Of a DNA stretch of 64,000 nucleotides, positions 61,795 through 64,000 are shown piece after piece (position 1 is the stretch's first letter; the number at the start of each line of letters is the position of its first letter). The DNA is taken from assembly GCA_030390025.1 (NCBI GenBank), contig CM059432.1, forward strand, positions 11,656,001 to 11,720,000, given 5' to 3'. The notes beneath the pieces were generated by a model. That model saw only the letters and a list, made by a program, of their open reading frames with translations, was not told the DNA's origin and did not search any database. This DNA comes from Squalus acanthias. Lineage: Eukaryota. The translations under genes and the position numbers were made by a program.

Positions 61795-62270
61795 GGTACG
61801 GCGGCATGGTGGTTATGTTACTGGACGAGTAATCCAGAGGCCTGGATGAATGATCTTGGTGATCTTGGTTAGACATGAGTTCAAATGCCCACCATTTAAT
61901 GAATTTAAATTCAGTTCATTCAATAAATCTGGAAATGGAAAGCTAGTATCAGTAATGGTGACCGTAAAACTACCGGATTGTTGTAAAAACCCAGCTGGTT
62001 CACTAATGTCCTTTAGGGAAGGAAATCTGCCGTCCTTACCCGGTCTGGCCTATATGTGACTCCAGACCCACAGCAATGTGGTTGACTCCTAACTGCCCTC
62101 TGAAATGGCCCAGCGAGTCACTCAGTTGTACCAAACCGCTGCAATGAAGGCAGACTGCAGTGTTTCAAGAAGGCGGCTCACCACCACCTTCTCAAGGGCA
62201 ATTAGGGATGGGCAATAAATGCTGGCCTTGCCAGCGACACCCACATCCCATGAATGAATGAATAAAAAAA
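61795..62270 (+). mobile_element. Second SINE family, near full length (tRNA-like head, LINE-derived tail)
   Basis: Head GGCATGGTGG...GAGTTCAAAT; the last ~100 nt nearly match the 3' end of the LINE at 10285-10700 and 32305-32650. Confidence 0.78.
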
Positions 62271-62721
62271 AAACTTGTATTACGCGGTCATATAGTTAGA
62301 TATTACGGGCACACTCCTGAATGTAAGAATATGAGACCACTTACAGGAGTGACTAGCACCATTGTACCTGAGAGAATATCTAAGGCGAGACCCTACTATT
62401 GTGACATTGTGCTATACACCATTTCAATTCAACTACTTCCATAGAATGAGCATCATTACAAGAGTTTGTGGTCTTTCATGTTATGCATTTGCTTGCGTGT
62501 AGTGATTGATTGGGCAGCTAACGAGTACTAACGCTTGTTGGAAAATGGTTGGTTGTGTTTCTGCAGTGATTTGACTGGGGCCGTTTTTCGCTGCTATCCA
62601 GTCCTGCTCAAGTCGCGCAGGAAGGAATTGCACATGCTCTGTTTTAGTTGAAGACCAGAAAGCGCGTGTGTCAGCTGGAGCAGTAGTAGAGAGTCCTTCA
62701 TTAGGATTAGCCAGGTCTCAG

Positions 62722-62980
62722 ATGACCGAGATGAGGAGAAATTTCTTCACTCAGAGGGTTGCGAGTTTTTGGAATTCTCTACCCCAGAGGGCAGTGGATG
62801 CTCAGTCGTTGAGTATATTCAAGACTGAGATCGATAGATTCTTGGGCACTAAGGGAATCAAGGGATATGGGGATCGGGCAGGAAAGTGGAGTAGATGTAG
62901 AAGATCAGCCACGATCTTATTGAATGGCAGGCTCGAAGGGCCTAATGGCCGACTCCTGCTCCTATTTCTTATGTTCTTAC
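62722..62980 (+). mobile_element. CR1 LINE 3' end
   Basis: Encodes EMRRNFFTQRVASFWNSLPQRAV, followed by the 3' UTR. Confidence 0.85.
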
Positions 62981-63466
62981 GTTCTCACGCAGGGCAGCAG
63001 GTGGAGGGCTACAATGTGCCTCGGTGCTGCGTGTCCAGTAAAAGGGGTGTAAATCAGCCAGGGTTCCACTTCCTGCTTGCTCTGCAGTAGCACCTGCTGG
63101 AAGCGCACGTGTATGGACATTGGTCGTGATGCCCTCTACGGTCCAACAGCCTGCTGAGGCTCACTGTCTATGTTCACACATGAAGAATGGCACTGGGTTG
63201 AGATATAGTAAGGGTGCGTGAAGCCGTACTTCAGTAAGAGTTGACGCTTTCAGGGTAGGAGGGGAGAAAATGGGCACAAGAATTGTCCGGGCCAATTTGG
63301 CTCCATTTATTCGCGCAACCGCGCAATGAAACAGGAGGGTTTCTGGTTGACTGATTGGATGGCTCTTTCAAAGAGCCGGCACGGGCACGATGGGCCGAAT
63401 GGTCTCCTCCTGCGCTGTATCGTTCTATGGTGCTCTGTCCTAATCTGTTATCTGATTGATTGGCAG

Positions 63467-63550
63467 AATCTGAAGAAGATGCAGGTACTGAACAAGGGTG
63501 TAAGCACTCAACCCAACATGGAGCTCGACGAACTCAATAACTTTGACTGG
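63467..63550 (+). CDS. SPIRE1: Spire (SPIRE1-like) following coding exon, linker ending in DW
   Basis: tggcag| and |gtaaga; 84 nt, phase 0/0. Encodes NLKKMQVLNKGVSTQPNMELDELNNFDW, resembling SPIRE1 NLKKIQ...LEELKNADW. Confidence 0.9.
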
Positions 63551-64000
63551 GTAAGATGCTGTGGTCAGTCGATCAGTGCCTCCTTTTTTATCATTAATAT
63601 TTTTAACAAAGCAAAATTTCGTATTGTACAGTCATCTGCAAAGTTCTGGTATCTGCGGGACCTTATAAGCACTCGAGCATTTCGCATATATCGGGATTGA
63701 ATTATAGTGTCAGAAAATCACCCCTTTCACCTGCCACTACTCGCCCAAACACCACACCCTACTGCGGACTCGCTCTCTGCCACTGGCTACAATATACTGA
63801 CATTGCCTCGCCCCCTTTAGTTCGGCCTTCACTCACCTGCCAAGAAGCAGCCTGAACCCCGCCTATACATAGCAGCGCCAAGTTGAACGCAGTCACTTAT
63901 ATAAGAGCAGAAAAGAGGGCAGAGCAGGTCAGTCGCCATCTGAAAGAAAAGAGAGAGGCCAGTGTTTCATGCCAGTCACTCGCCGCCTGAAAGGGTGGTA

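Overview
This is vertebrate genomic DNA, most likely a cartilaginous fish (shark), inferred from its repeats: DeuSINE/SacSINE1-type SINEs, HER1-like CR1 LINEs and Penelope pseudo-LTRs. The only host gene I can support is three phase-0 coding exons of a + strand Spire actin-nucleator gene (SPIRE1-like): 5981-6211, 46555-46680 and 63467-63550. They splice into a 147-aa piece covering the KIND-domain C-terminal half and the following linker, separated by ~40 kb and ~17 kb introns. The introns are a nested transposon landscape. It includes CR1 (one young 2.2-kb copy with a fully open RT frame), L2, RTE and Vingi/Ingi-like LINEs, two SINE families, PIF/Harbinger-type MITEs with Harbinger protein fossils, two clean solo LTRs with TSDs and four minisatellites. 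The most notable signal is two distinct Penelope-type pseudo-LTR families carrying intact minimal hammerhead ribozyme folds. One is an 82-bp-arm fold-back palindrome with a ribozyme on each strand, ~190 nt upstream of a Spire exon. Most short ORFs in the track are repeat-derived noise. Family names come from motif recognition rather than database searches, and repeat boundaries without a TSD are approximate.
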